Origin: Octopus bimaculoides
Lineage: Eukaryota
Assembly: GCF_001194135.2 (NCBI RefSeq)
Contig: NC_068989.1
Location: 80,735,423 to 80,799,422, forward strand
Reading direction: 5' to 3'
DNA: 64,000 nucleotides
The position numbers were made by a program, and so were the translations under genes. Every line of letters starts with the position of its first letter. Within the stretch, counting starts at the first letter, position 1. The notes beneath the pieces were generated by a model that had not been told where the DNA came from, did no database searches, and worked only from the letters and a program-made list of their open reading frames with translations. Below are positions 40,910 through 54,388 of this stretch, piece by piece.

Positions 40910-41716
40910 TCATCATCATCGTTTAACATCCGCTTTCCATGCTAGCATGGGTTGGACGATTTGACTGAGGACTGGCGAACCAGGTGGCTACACCAGGTGG
41001 CTACACCAGGCTCCAATCTGATTTGGTAGAGTTTCTACAGCTGGATGCTCTTCCTAACGCCAACCACTCCGAGAGTGTAGTGGGTGCTTTTACGTGCCAC
41101 CTGCACAGGAGCCAGTCCAGCAGCACTGGTAACGATCTCACTCGAATAACTTTTCAAGTGCCAGGAACGCGAAGCTGGGGCACAAGTGCCAGGTAGGTGA
41201 CGCTGGTAACAATCACGCTCGAAAGGTGGTGCCATCGCGATTTCGCTTTCGCTTTCCCCAACAGGTCTTCGCAAGCAGAGTTTAGTGTCCAATGGAGGAG
41301 ACGTTGGCATGGGGGNNNNNNNNNNCCTCAACAGGTCTTCACAAGTGGAGTATGCATAAGTGGGCTGGCTACATCCCTGGCAGAGACCTTGGATTTTGGT
41401 CTAACTTGGCTTGCCGGGTCTTCTCACGCACAACATATTTCCAAAGGTCTCGGTCAGAAGTCATTGCCTTGGTGAGGCCTAATGCTCGGAGGTCATGCTT
41501 CACCACCTCATCCCAGGTCTTCCTGGGCCTGCCTCTTCCACAGGTTCCCTCAACCGCTAGGGTGTGGCACTTTTTCACACAGCTATCCTCATCCATTCTT
41601 GCCACATGACCATACCAGCGTAATCGTCTCTCTTGCACACCACAACTGATGCTTCTTAGGTTCAACTTTTTCTCTCAAGGTACTTACACTCTGTCGAGTA
41701 TGCACACTGACATTGC
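40910..41716 (-). mobile_element. 5'-truncated RTE-clade LINE with (GAT)n tail
   Basis: ORF 41369..41665 contains RLRWYGHVARM...GRGRPRKTWDEVV. The 3' UTR runs to ...ggaaagcggatgttaaac(gat)n. Same family as 21494-22110. Confidence 0.85.
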
Positions 41717-42546
41717 GTTAGACATACACACATTCTGGGATTTGTATATACTAGATGGTCATATTTTTTGCCAATTAACCACACGCACTATATACCTGTT
41801 CTTCACTTCAGCTTTATTATTATCCTCCAGGACAAGACACATGGGATGGAGAGTTGCTGAAGAGGTTACAGGACATGTAACAAAAGATTTCAGGCAAAGG
41901 ACACTAAAATAAGAAGAATAATAGAGCTGAGGTGAGGAGTAGGTGTGTGGTGCATGTGGTTAGTTGGCAAGGGGTGTGACCATCCCTAAATATAATAATA
42001 TCTGTTTCAACACAGGATCTCACATCAGGAGTCTTGCAAAGCAAACACATTAACATAGTATTAGTCATCGAGATAATATTTTCTTCTCCTCAATGCATAA
42101 TATAATTAATTTGATTACATCTACTTGTGAGTGAATTTGATGGACATAAACTGAAAGAAGCCTGCCATATGTATATACATGTGTGTGTGTGTGTGTTATT
42201 GTCTCCTTGCCTTAACATTCTGTGATAGTTGTAACCGAATGTCACCATCATGAAAGTCGTGTCCTTTATTTCCAGTCTTCTGTGAAAACATATCTAGTCA
42301 TGGGAAAATATTTCCCAAGTTAGAAACAAGTTGGGGTTGGTAACAAGAAGGGCATTTGGCTGTAGAAAATCTGCTTCAATAAACTCCATCTGACCTGTGC
42401 GCAAGCATGAAGGAAAATGATGAGGATTTTCTTTTTCTCATTATATTTATGTAACTCTCAAAATAGTATGACACTACCTTGACCATCACACAAATATTGA
42501 CAAACATTGTTATCAATCATAGAATGATTTTGGTTTTCAACTAGAC

Positions 42547-43315
42547 CAGTGATTCTCAACCGGGATCCATATAACACCCCTTGTAGTCCATGCAAGCAAA
42601 ATAGTAAATCCGCAGTGGTTTATTAAGGGGCTATAAAAATTTTTTTCTTTAGATGTATTAATTGCAAGAAACAGCAAGATTTCTTTCAACGTACACAAGT
42701 TAATATGTGAAAAGCAAAGAAGGAATTTTGAAAGAAGTATCATCATCATCATCATTGTTTAACGTCTGCTTTCCATGCTAGCATGGGTTGGACGATTTGA
42801 CTGAGGACTGGTGAACCAGGTGGTTACACCAGGCTCCAATCTGATTTGGCAGAGTTTCTACAGAGTTCCTAACACCAACCACTCCAAGAGTGTAGTGGGT
42901 GCTTTTTACGTGCCACCAGCATGAAGGACAGTCAGGTGGTACTGGCAACGGCCACGCTCGAAATGGTGTCTTTTACGTGCCACCTGCATGGGAGCCAGTC
43001 CAGCAGCACTGACAACGATCTCGCTCGAATGTCCTTACACGTGCCATCACGATTTCGCTTTCGCTTGCCTCAACAGGTCTTTGCAAGCCGAGTTTCTGTG
43101 TCCAATAAAGGAGACGGCGTTGGCATGGGTGCCATCCGTCGAAATTAGTTTGATTTCACTTGCCTCAACAGGTCTTCGCAAGCGGAGTTAAGTGTCCAAC
43201 GTAGGAAGGTATGCATCCTGGCAGGGGCCTTTATCAAATGGCATATGCAGGTCTACCAGAGTAAAGTTGTAATGAAAGGGTTTCATAAGTAAAAAAATAC
43301 GGTTGAGAACCACTG
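42547..43315. mobile_element. hAT-superfamily MITE with perfect 8-bp TSD and a nested RTE tail
   Basis: TIRs cagtgattctcaaccg / cggttgagaaccactg. TSD aactagac at 42539-42546 and 43316-43323. RTE tail inserted at ~42739-43225. Confidence 0.85.
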
Positions 43316-44708
43316 AACTAGACAAAAGGCTAATATTTACAAAGGAGAGAGACGTAGTTGAGAAGACTTTCACGGTATTACTGTTACATATCTTACCAAC
43401 CCTGCAGAAAGGAAAGGCAAAGTCAACCCCAGTTGAATTTGATCTCAGAATGTTCTTTTACCCTTTGTTTTTCTCTTCTTTTCTTTTTCTAATTAACTTG
43501 CTTTAGTCATAGAATACTTTTCAAAAGAAATTAATTTAACTAACGACTATGAGCAACATTATGATAACACTAAAAGTTTTCATCTCAAAGACATCTTTAC
43601 TCTAACTTTTAACATGAAAGCATTTTTCCAAACAACTGATATGGGGGGGGGGGGGTNNNNNNNNNNCCACCCAATATTCAAATACCTGCCTATTGATCAC
43701 AAGCTTTCTATCTTGATTGATGCAGTTAAAATTTACATCCAAAGACTTATTATTCAATGACTTGTGGAGGATCGATGAACAATTAATCAGAAACAGAAAT
43801 AGTCAATTGAAAATAAACTTTTTCTTTCTTTTTATGCTGCAACACCACTGTCTAATTCTTCCAGCTCATAATCATTCATGCACACCAAACCATCATTGCA
43901 CATCCACTGGATTATGCTCACCACATTTCTGCCCAGCCTTCACACATCCATATCTGTTCCATTTTTCCTTTTCATTCATTTTGAAATTGTTAAAATTCAA
44001 GTACTTCAACATAGGCACAGGTATCGCTGTGTGATTAAGAAGCTTACTTTACAACCTCGTAGTTTCAGGTTCGATCCCACTGCACAGCACCTTGAATAAG
44101 CGTCTTCTACTGTAACCCCCAGGGTGAACAATGCCCTGTGAGTGGATTTGGTAGATGGAAGTTGCGTGGAAGCCCATTATATATGTGTGTGTATATGTAT
44201 CTGTATTTCTGTTTGTCTCCTACCCACCCAACACCACCACCACCACCACTCAACAACTAGTTTTGTTTTGCTTATGTCCCTGTCACTTAGCAGTTCAACA
44301 AAAAGAGTCTGGTAGAATAAGCATCAGGTTTTAAAAGAAACATAAGAACTGAGAATCAATGTGTTCAACTAAATCACTTCAAGAAAGTACCCCCAGCATG
44401 GGCACAGTCCATTGACTGAAACAAGTTAAAAATGAAAGGCTTGTGAGTGGATTTGGTAAGCAGAAACTGAAAGAAGCCCATCATGTGTATGTGTGTGTGT
44501 GTGTGCATATATTTGTTGGTTTACATCTCTGTAACTTAGCTGTTCAGCAAAAGAGACTGACAGAATAAGTACCATGCTTTTATTTAAAAAAAAAAAAAAC
44601 AAGTTCTGGTGTTGATTCATTCGACTAAAATATTTTTCAAAGCAGTGCTCCAGCATGGCCACAGTCTTCTGACTGAAACAAATGAAAGGTAAGATTCTAC
44701 CTCTAACC

Positions 44709-44845
44709 ATAGCAAGGACTGCATCTCAGTGACTGGCCTTCCTCTTGAGGGCCAGAAAATGCTGCAGACTCCTCCCTTTTACAAAGCTCAGGTGAGGCCC
44801 ACAATGGAGTTCTGCTCCTACACCTGGGATACTGGTAGTCTATTG
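44709..44845 (+). mobile_element. CR1/Jockey-group LINE reverse transcriptase remnant
   Basis: ASQ*LAFLLRARK...YKAQVRPTMEFCSYTW matches the conserved LYKAQVRPxMEYCSxxW motif. Confidence 0.7.
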
Positions 44846-44854
44846 ATTACAACG

Positions 44855-45160
44855 ATGAGGGTTCCAGTTGATCCAATCAATGGAACAGCCTGCTTGTGAA
44901 ATTAACATGCAAAAGGCTGAGTACTCCACATACAAGTGTATCCTTAATGTAGTTCTCTGGAACATATAGTGTGACACAGAATGTGACAAGGCTGGCTCTT
45001 TGAGTTACACAGGCACAACTTATTTTTGCCAGCTGAGTAGATTGGAGCAACGTGAAATAAAGCGTCTTGCTCAAGGACACAGCACACCACCACATATTGA
45101 ACTCACAGCCTTATGACCATGAGCCAAATACCCTAACCACTAAGCCACACACCTTCACAC
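44855..45160 (-). mobile_element. Chimeric SINE: family D-like head joined to family A 3' half
   Basis: 45030-45160 matches the head of 15333-15480. 44855-45020 matches the 3' half of 53270-53445. Confidence 0.65.
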
Positions 45161-46536
45161 ATCTTGGCTAGTGCTGTTGCTATACACACACACACACATC
45201 CATTCTAGACTGGATTTGGAGAAGGGTCACCTGATTGATTAACATAAAGTCACAACTCACTAACACACTCCATCTTCTTCCCCAGGAAAATACTGTTTAC
45301 TCTCTCTCTCTCTCTCTCTCTCTCTCTGCTCTTTCTGCTGTTACTATCATGGCCTCTACTCCTCATGACTGCTATTCTAATACCCCCTCATGTCACTCAT
45401 CTCTCCTCTTCCTAACACTCTTTGTATCCGGGCTTTATACTAACCACTATATCCAGTCTATCCTTCCCAGAATCCCTCTCTCTGTTTTTCTTGCAGCTGT
45501 CGAATTGCAAGTGTTCATGCAGGATGTTAATGGCATCAATCTCGCTGGTCTTAGATGATTTGCGAAAACTGTGGACATAGTCACTTCCCCATGAACCTAT
45601 CTAATAAATAAAGAATAAAACAAGCTAAGGTTCCTTATATGTGCAGGTATGGCTGTGTGATAAGAAGTTTACTTCCCAACCACATGGTTCTGAGTTCAGA
45701 CCCACTGCGTGGCACCTTGGGCAAGTGTCTTCTACTACAGCCTCGGACCAACCAAAGCCTTGTGAGTGGATTTGGTAGATGACAGCTGAAAGGAGCCCAT
45801 CGTATATGTGTGTGTGTGTTTGTCCCCTACCACCACTTGCAACCGGTGTTGGTGTGTTTGTGTCCTTGTAACTTAGCGGTTCAGCAAAAGAGAATGTTGT
45901 TAGATTGGCAGAATTGTTAAAACATTGGGGAAAATGCTCGGCAGTATTTGTGCCAACAAGTTTTGAGATCAAATCCCAAGATCAGCTCTGCCTTTCATAC
46001 AGCTGACTGTCAAAATTGTTGGCCTTATGCCTAAGAAACACTATATTTCCTCAGTCACTTAGCACTCCCATGATAGGCAGCACAAGCATGACTATGTGGT
46101 TAACAAGCTCACTTTGCAACCAACCATGTGGTTTGGGGTTCAATCCCACTGCACAGCATATTGGGCAAGTGTCTTCTATTACCGCCCTGAGGCAACCAAT
46201 GCTTTGTAAAGTTTGGGGACAGAAATAGTGTGGAAGCCTGGTGTGTGTGTATGTGTGTGCATTTATGTTTAGCCCACCACCACTACCACTTGACAACCAG
46301 TGTTGGTTTGTTTACGTCCCTGTAACTTAGCAGTTCAGTAAAAGAGGCTGATAGAATGAGTTACCAGTTTTTAAAAAATGTAAGTACTGGGGTAAATATA
46401 TTCAATGAAACCCTTCAATGCATTGCCCCAGCATGGTTGCAATCCAATAACTAAAGAAAGTAAATCCTTTGCCTGGTTCAACACCACCACCTTGGCTGAG
46501 AGTACCTTTAATGGTGCCTGTACTGAGTTGACTAAT

Positions 46537-46902
46537 TGTTGGCACTCCGTCGCTTACGTCGAGGGTTCCAGTTGATCCGATCAACAGAACAGCCTGCTCG
46601 TGAAATTGACGTGCAAGTGGCTGAGCACTCCACAGACACGTGTACGCTTAACATAGTTCTCGGGGATATTCAGCGTGACACAGTGTGACAAGGCTGACCC
46701 TTTGAATTACAGGCACAACAGAAACAGTAAGTAAGAGTGAGAGAAAGTTGTGGTGGAAGAGTACAGCAGGGTTTGCCACCATCCCCTGCCGGAGCCTCGT
46801 GGAGCTTTAGGTGTTTTCACTCAATAAACACTCTCAACGCCTGGTCTGGGAATCGAAACCGCGAGTCCGCTGCCCTAACCACTGGGCCATTGCGCCTCCA
46901 CT
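46537..46902 (-). mobile_element. Full-length tRNA-derived SINE (family A) with 13-bp TSD
   Basis: Reverse complement of 53069-53447. TSD tgagttgactaat at 46524-46536 and 46903-46915. Confidence 0.85.
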
Positions 46903-49900
46903 TGAGTTGACTAATAACATGTAGTGAAAATTTGAGAGATGAGAAGTTTCTGGAAGCTTATACAATGGAATAGTTCTCATACTTGAATAGAAGACTTAAC
47001 ACATTACTTAGTCTAACACCACCACTTTGTTGATCCTTAGATGCTTTGAGTGGAGTTTGCTCATAATACCCAGGTGACTAAAGACTTTTAAGTGAACTTT
47101 GATTGATCAGAACTTTCTGGAAGCTTGTATAAAAGATTGGTTTCTATTATTGAACGATAAACTTAATATGTTGCTCAGTTTAACACCACCACCTGGTCCT
47201 TGTGTGCCTTCAGTGGAATTTGCTCTGTTGCAAGCATTTGGGCCATATCTCCAGTTAACTTCCTGCCATCAGTCCCAGGGGCTGTGTGAAAGAAATAGCC
47301 ACAAGTCCTGCAATCTTCTCCTTGACAAAGTGATTAAAAAGTGAAAAAGAACTTGGCAGAGTACATTTTTCTTTTGAGCTACATCCATTTGAAGGAGTTG
47401 AGTTCAGTGCATTTAAGTTGACAAAACAAAGTGCTGCCGTTGCTCCTGCTTAGAGCAGTAAGTTGTTTCTGTTCTGTTGTACCCATTTGCTGCCAGATGG
47501 ACTTAGTCACATGGAAGTTAAGTGTCTATGGTCCAAGTGACAGGATATGAAGTAACAGTTTCTACTGATTCTGCTATCAGTATTCCCATGTATTTATGAG
47601 AAACTAATAATTTAAAGAGTCACTAAATTAGACTCATAAAACAACAATGTACAAGGGGCCTGTCCCAGAGATAAGTGGGCGGGGCCTCCAGTCAGAAATT
47701 ACTCATTGTAAATAATGAACATGGGTGGGTGTGCTAAATGTATAATTTTCTACTGCTCTATTAATTTGCAGTTACCATTTATGTTATAGTCAACTAAGTT
47801 TGGTCTTCACTGGTGTATTAGATTTGTATTAGTAGCTTAGAAGCATTTGATTAAATCACATGTTGTTTAGCCCTAGGTCAACTCCAGACGAGCAGGCTTA
47901 TAGTCAATTGTGTCCCAGCTACGACCATCCTGTCATTTGTGTATGTGTGTGTGTATATAATATGTATGTGTGAGAGATAAGGGACTGTAGTGTTCAACAA
48001 GTCTTACCCTTTTGTTTTTTTGTTTTTTTTTTTTCAATGGTAGGGTATGATTGAAGGAAAATCATAACTGCTATTTCTAATAGGTTGTGCAGCTATATAG
48101 GAATTCTCACATTGGTTCATAAAATAGCTAGTGCAGAATGTGTCTGACATTAAAGACAGATAGATAATCAACCGAAACTAGCATGGAATTATATTTATCC
48201 CACAGATCAAAGGAAGACACAAGGGTGAAATTGTAAAATAATTTGCTACTTCCCAGGAGGAAGGCTTGTTTTGTTGTTGTTGTGCTTTTTTATTTATTGT
48301 ACTCTGGTTTTGAGGAAGGAGTTATGTCTATATCCTTTGCAAACTCTCCAAAACCTGGGGTTAATGCAATTCCTCTTGAGTAGTTGCAAATGAAAAACTG
48401 CAAGAAGTATGTTCCAGAAAGCTGATATTCTTAGAAAGTGACGGATTTCTCTCTCTCTCTCTCATTATATCTAGAGAACTGTAGAGTGTGCATGTGTACT
48501 ATGTGGTTGCTTGATCTAAATTCTTGCAACAGAACAAACTCTACTAAATGTACTCGTAAGCTTGGAGAGGATATTTAACCAGGCTGCATGCTGTATCTAG
48601 AAATTTTTAGAAATATCATCATGCTGGTTTTGTTTTGTTTTGTTATTAAGCAACAAGTATAGGGCAGAAATAATATCCTTAGGCATTTAAAGTGATCAGC
48701 ATTAGCAAAAATTATGCTGTGAATTTTAGGTGTTTAGATATATTGTAGTCATGAGTAGGTGACAAAATTGATGTTTTGGGGGTTGTCTCTTCATCCAAAA
48801 AAGAAAAGAAAATATACTGAAGAAAACATAAAAGAGAAAATATATATATATATTTTTTCTATCAGACAAAAGGACAGAACTAAAACATTAAATTCATCCT
48901 CTCTGCATGCCATATAAACTTACCCAAACTCATAAATTTCATATTATAAAACAAGTTTGCTTGACCACTTTATTCTATCATGACATCAATCATTTATATT
49001 TCTTCACATTTAGCTGTAAACACGTTACCATTTTCGCTAACATTGCTCCATGTTCATCCACTGATTTTCAGCATCATAAATCACTCAAACAATCCTATTT
49101 GTTCATCCAGATATCATTTATTCTCAGAGCATGTGTGTATTCATTCTTATTTGTAGACAGATCTCATAACATCATCTGAACTTAGTTTCACAATTAGATT
49201 TACATTACCATTCAGTTTATTTAATTAAGTACGCATACAGCAGGCATAAATTTGCAGATGTTTAAGCTGGGGGTCAATCACCACTTCATCATCATCATCA
49301 TCATCATCATTGGAGAGAATATACACACCATCCCTCTTACATGGAACTTAATAAAATATTTTTTTTTAAATACTGTTTCATTTCATATTTCAAAATCTAC
49401 TGCTAAACATTTCTTCCTGTCATTGTACCAATTTCACCAATATGTGCATCGTAAGCTATTCCCTTCCCTTTCTTCAATGTACAGGGAATCTTTTGGCCAT
49501 TGTAGTGGTGGGGTGATCTTGTAGCTCATTGACCGATCACAATATCATTGACAGTTTTGATTTCATGTAGGATATTTAGGGCAACAGAGCCTGGCAGGGC
49601 CCACCCTTATCTTGTTACTTCCAGCAGTGAAATGTACCTAGTCATGTTGTTATTTAACCCCAGGTCAACTTGACTGAGCAGATATATGGTCATGATCATT
49701 CCAGTTATGACCATCACCTATTTTATTAATCCATATTGATACTTATTTGTCTTTTTTCTTAAAGGTAGCAGGACATAAGTTAGGCGAGACTTGGCTACTA
49801 ATTCTAGCAGGTCAAACAACAGCATAGAGGCCTCCATGTTGGTTCATACAGTGCACTCTGTAATTTTGTTTAAAGCATACTTCAGTGCATGCGATAGAAT

Positions 49901-51205
49901 ATTTACTTTCTTTAATCAAACAGGGCCCATTAGCTACTTTCAGAAAAAGAGTTAGGAGAAAGAGGAGAGGCAGTAATGCTACAAAAAGTCTTGATATCCA
50001 TGCATATTGAAGGTAGCAAATAAAAGATGGTAATGAAATAATTCACAAAAAAAATTTTATGAAATACATTGAAATAATAAAAGAAGAGATAGTGATAAAA
50101 TATAGTCAATGTGATGACAATAAAGGAGCTAACAGAAGGGAATAAAATGGTAATAAAAGAATTGGTAAAAGAATATTGAAATGATGGAAACTTCCAACAT
50201 TTGGAAAGGTATTTGTGAAGCTTGAATTTACAGAGACCAATGTGATATTCTGCAGAAAAATAATCTTTTCTGCTCTAGGCACAAGGCCCGAAATTTTTGG
50301 GGAGGGGGACAGTTGATTAGATCCACCCCAGTACGCAACTGGTACTTAATTTATCAACCCCGAAAGGATGAAAGGCAAAGTCGACTTTGGCAGAATTTGA
50401 ACTCAGAACGTAAAGACAGACGAAATATCGCTGACCAGCTCGCGGCCTTATTCTGGAGAAAAATAATGGAGAGAGAGTCTATTCCATAATTCAACTGTTC
50501 TAAGGGGAAAATGCTTTGTTCATGGAACTTGCAGCATGTCTGTGACTCTTTGATCTTACTAAGTTATTAGCATGAGCCAGACTTCTCTAAATTTTCTGCA
50601 AATATATTAATACAATCTTTCTATATGCAACAAAACTTCGAAGTATTGTTATACAGAGAAATATTTTTATATCAGTGCCTCTATGGCTGTGGTGTGAAGC
50701 AACTTCATTGCTGTAGGTTCTATTCTACTGTGTGGAACCTTGAGCAATGAGTACCATGGTTTGTCCAGTGGCTTAAGAGAGGAATTTGGGAGGCACAAAC
50801 TGTGCAGATACCAGTCATTATATCATGGCCATGCTGGTGCACCACCTTGAAGGGTTTATGGTCAAACAAATCAACCCCAGTACTTTTTCTTTATAGTCTG
50901 GTACTTATTCTGTTGGTCTCTTTTCGCAGAATCACTGAGTTACAGGGATGTAGACAAACCAACACCAACAGTCAATTGGAAGGGGCCTACACACATATAT
51001 ATATATATGTGATGGGCTTCTTTCAGTTTCCATCTACCAAATCCACTAACAAGGAATTGGTTGGCTTAGGGTTATAGTAGAAGACACCCAGGGTGCCATG
51101 TGGTTTGGAAGCAAACTTCTTACTACACAGCCACATCATTAGGGTCCTACGTCTTTTGATAAACCTTACAAGTAAAGCTGCATATTTTCACATCCATATT
51201 GCTGG

Positions 51206-52172
51206 AATGAGATGATTTAGCACAGTTGTTTGCACTCAGAGGATTTGGCACAACTGACTTGACATTCAGCCTGTTTTGGCAACAATATTTTTGTGATGCT
51301 GGAGGCAAACACACATCATCATCATCATTTAACGTCCGCTCTCCATGCTAGCATGGGTTGGACGATTTGACTGAGGACTGGTGAACCAGATGACTACACC
51401 AGGCTCCAATCTGATTTCGCAGAGTTTCTACAGCTGGATGCCCTTCCTAATGCCAACCACTCCGAGAGTGTAGTGGGTACTTTTACATGCCACCAGCATG
51501 AAGGCCAGTCAGGTGGTACTGGCAACGGCCATGCTCAAAATGGTGTATTTTACGTGCCACCTGCACAGGAGCCAGTCCAGCGGTACTGGCAACGNNNNNN
51601 NNNNNNNNNNNNNNNNNNNNNNNNNNNNNNNNNNNNNNNNNNNNNNNNNNNNNNNNNNNNNNNNNNNNNNNNNNNNNNNNNNNNNNNNNNNNNNNNNNNN
51701 NNNNNNNNNNNNNNNNNNNNNNNNNNNNNNNNNNNNNNNNNNNNNNNNNNNNNNNNNNNNNNNNNNNNNNNNNNNNNNNNNNNNNNNNNNNNNNNNNNNN
51801 NNNNNNNNNNNNNNNNNNNNNNNNNNNNNNNNNNNNNNNNNNNNNNNNNNNNNNNNNNNNNNNNNNNNTACACGAGTGCAAAAATATTAAAATAGAAAAA
51901 GAGACACTGCAATTTATTAATCGAACACAATTAATGTAAACACTTTAACTTCTCCTCATACACATAAAGTGAAATATGCTCACACACATAAAGCAAGAGA
52001 AAGGGAGGGAAAGAGCAAGAGAAATATTAAGACGTCCCATGTCAAACACACACATAAAGATAGAAAAGGAGGGAGGGAAAGAGAGAGAGGGAAACATTAA
52101 AACGTCTGATGTCAAAAAAGTCAGCATCGAATCAGCAGTGCCAAAACAGTTGTGCCAAAACATCTCGTATCC
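51206..52172. mobile_element. DNA-transposon-like element with subterminal ttttggcacaactg repeats, interrupted by an RTE tail (related copy ~35800-36480)
   Basis: Left gagatgatttagcacagttgtttgcac...gatttggcacaactg versus right gtgccaaaacagttgtgccaaaacatctcgtatcc, which is inverted. Confidence 0.4.
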
Positions 52173-53068
52173 TCAGTATACAGTTCATCAAGCTAAGTAA
52201 AACTGTAGTCATGGTCACGTAAAAGACACCCATTACACTCTTGGAGTGGTTGGTGTTAGGAAGGGCATCCAACCATAGAAACCAAGCCAAATCAAACTTG
52301 AATCTGGTGTAGGTCTCTGGTTTACCACTTACAGTAAACCCATCTAACCCATGCCAGCATGGAAAGCAGATGTTAAATGAAGATATATATATACACACGT
52401 GTGTGTATGTGTATATACATCTTTTAATGACGTGTATCAGTCTGAAAACAAAGCAAAAAGAGGACTATGCTTTGCGATTGATTACAAGTTCAATGTTCTA
52501 GAGTGATGACACTAGCCAGTTACCCTTTCATGAATGCTGCCTAATCATTAAGATATTAAATTACTTCACTGCCACATACACACCCTTTATGCAAGCATAC
52601 CAGGAGGGCCACCTTGCTTTAGTTTCTCTTGTCTACAGTAGCTATTGCTGCTAAAATAACATTTCATTTGTCTCGTAGTTATTGCACTTTTCTCAACATG
52701 TTCAGCAGTATGTTACCTGTAAATATCTGTTCTTGAATTCTATCAGAGCCACGCCACAAAACAAGGAAAGCTAACAAGAAAATCATATGAAAGAAAGTAA
52801 ACCAAGAAACAGTCTTGAAAAATTCTTCTTTGTACTCTCTTTGTTAAGAGTACATATGAAATATAAATATGCTCTTAGATGTAAAAAAAACTACTGTTTT
52901 TACATTTAATGCTTTACATATCTCACTTAGTTTCAAATTCTAAGCCTTTCTTGAATAACTGTTAAAGCACTGTTGTTTATTGTTCTTTAAACCCTTGCCG
53001 TACCAACCTGTGATTAAAGTCATTCCAGTAATGACCATCATGTCTTTACTTTAGATGTAATTTTTCTA

Positions 53069-53447
53069 GTGGAGGTGCAATGGCCCAGTGGTTAGGGCAA
53101 CGGACTCGCAGTCATAGGATCGCGGTTTCGATTTCCAGAACGGGTGTTGTGAGTGTTTATTGAGCGAAAACACCTAAAGCTCCACGAGGGGATGGTGGCG
53201 AACCCTGCTGTACTCTTTCACCACAACTTTCTCTCACTCTTACTTCCTGTTTCTGTTGTGCCTGTAATTCAAAGGGTCAGCCTTGTCACACTGTGTCACG
53301 CTGAATATCCCCGAGAACTACGTTAAGGGTACACGTGTCTGTGGAGTGCTCAGCCACTTGCACGTTAATTTCACGAGCAGGCTGTTCCGTTGATTGGATC
53401 AACTGGAACCCTCGACGTCGTAAGCGACAGAGTGCCAACAACAACAA
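53069..53447 (+). mobile_element. Full-length tRNA-derived SINE (family A) with (CAA)n tail and 10-bp TSD
   Basis: A box tggcccagtgg, B-box-like ggtttcgatttcc. TSD aatttttcta at 53059-53068 and 53446-53455. Confidence 0.85.
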
Positions 53448-54388
53448 TTTTTCTAAGTCTACATTATCCAATGTCTCCTTCCTTTTTTAAAAAAACAATA
53501 GGATGTAACTACAAGGGAGATTTGGCTGCTTTTTCCAACCAGTCGAATAACAGGCTTCCTTGTCTCGAAGTACAATTGCTTAACAATGTGTCTTTACCTT
53601 CTCGTTAACATTATTTTTACATTATCGGTTTGTGTCATGTGACTGAAATTTATTACACTGTCTCTAGCAAGCCAGTGGCAGGACCTTTATATAGTCGCTT
53701 GTCCTGCTAGAAATAGCAGCCAAATTTCCATCAAACTACACTGCCAGCTTAAGGAAAATGATGCAGTGGATGATGTTTCATCCCAAATCAAACCTGATTA
53801 AAGCCTTATTGAAAGCATTCCAGCCATGATCCCTCTGCCTGTTTATATATGAGTAAAGGACTCAGAACCACATTTTCCAATTTGTCCTTTCTCTTTTTCT
53901 TTAAAAGATTGTTGGATGTGAATTGAGGGAGATGGTGTGCTACTACTTCTAGCAGGTCTAGTGATATGCAGAGACTCCTTTGCTTTGCTTTGAATGATAT
54001 GGATCTGAGCATTGAGTAAAAGGACATAACACTCATAGCTTGAATGCCATTGATCATAAATGCCTTACCAAAGCTGCTCTGGAATAAATAACAACAACAA
54101 CAACATTATTTTATATCCATTTTGCATGCTTGCACAGGTTGGACAGGTTATCACAGTCTGTGTTTGTTGGTTCTTAATTAGTTACTACCCTCGTAGATAA
54201 GGTTACAAAATCATGTTTCCTCATATGTTCCTTTTTTGACAGTTTTTATTTTTGATGTCCTTCCTCGACCACATTACAGGTTGTTCTGGGTTGATATTAT
54301 CATTATACCAGCAGTAGACAGATTGGTGTCTTCTGCAGGACATAGGAGTCCTCTTGGTCTCATTTCTGTCTCTGCTCATTCTCAAGAT

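Larger units (their letters stand above)
17267..51868. other. Assembly gaps: 17267-17885, 18983-18992, 22214-22539, 27740-28035, 29187-29214, 33469-34145, 41316-41325, 43657-43666, 51595-51868
   Basis: Runs of N, most bounded by (TA)n, (TG)n or (CAT)n tracts. Confidence 0.98.

Noticed and set aside
17131-51930. Long ORFs (130-391 aa) at 17131, 21898-22711, 33143-34324 and 51473-51930
   Set aside because: They are open only because N runs translate as X, and their flanks are microsatellites.
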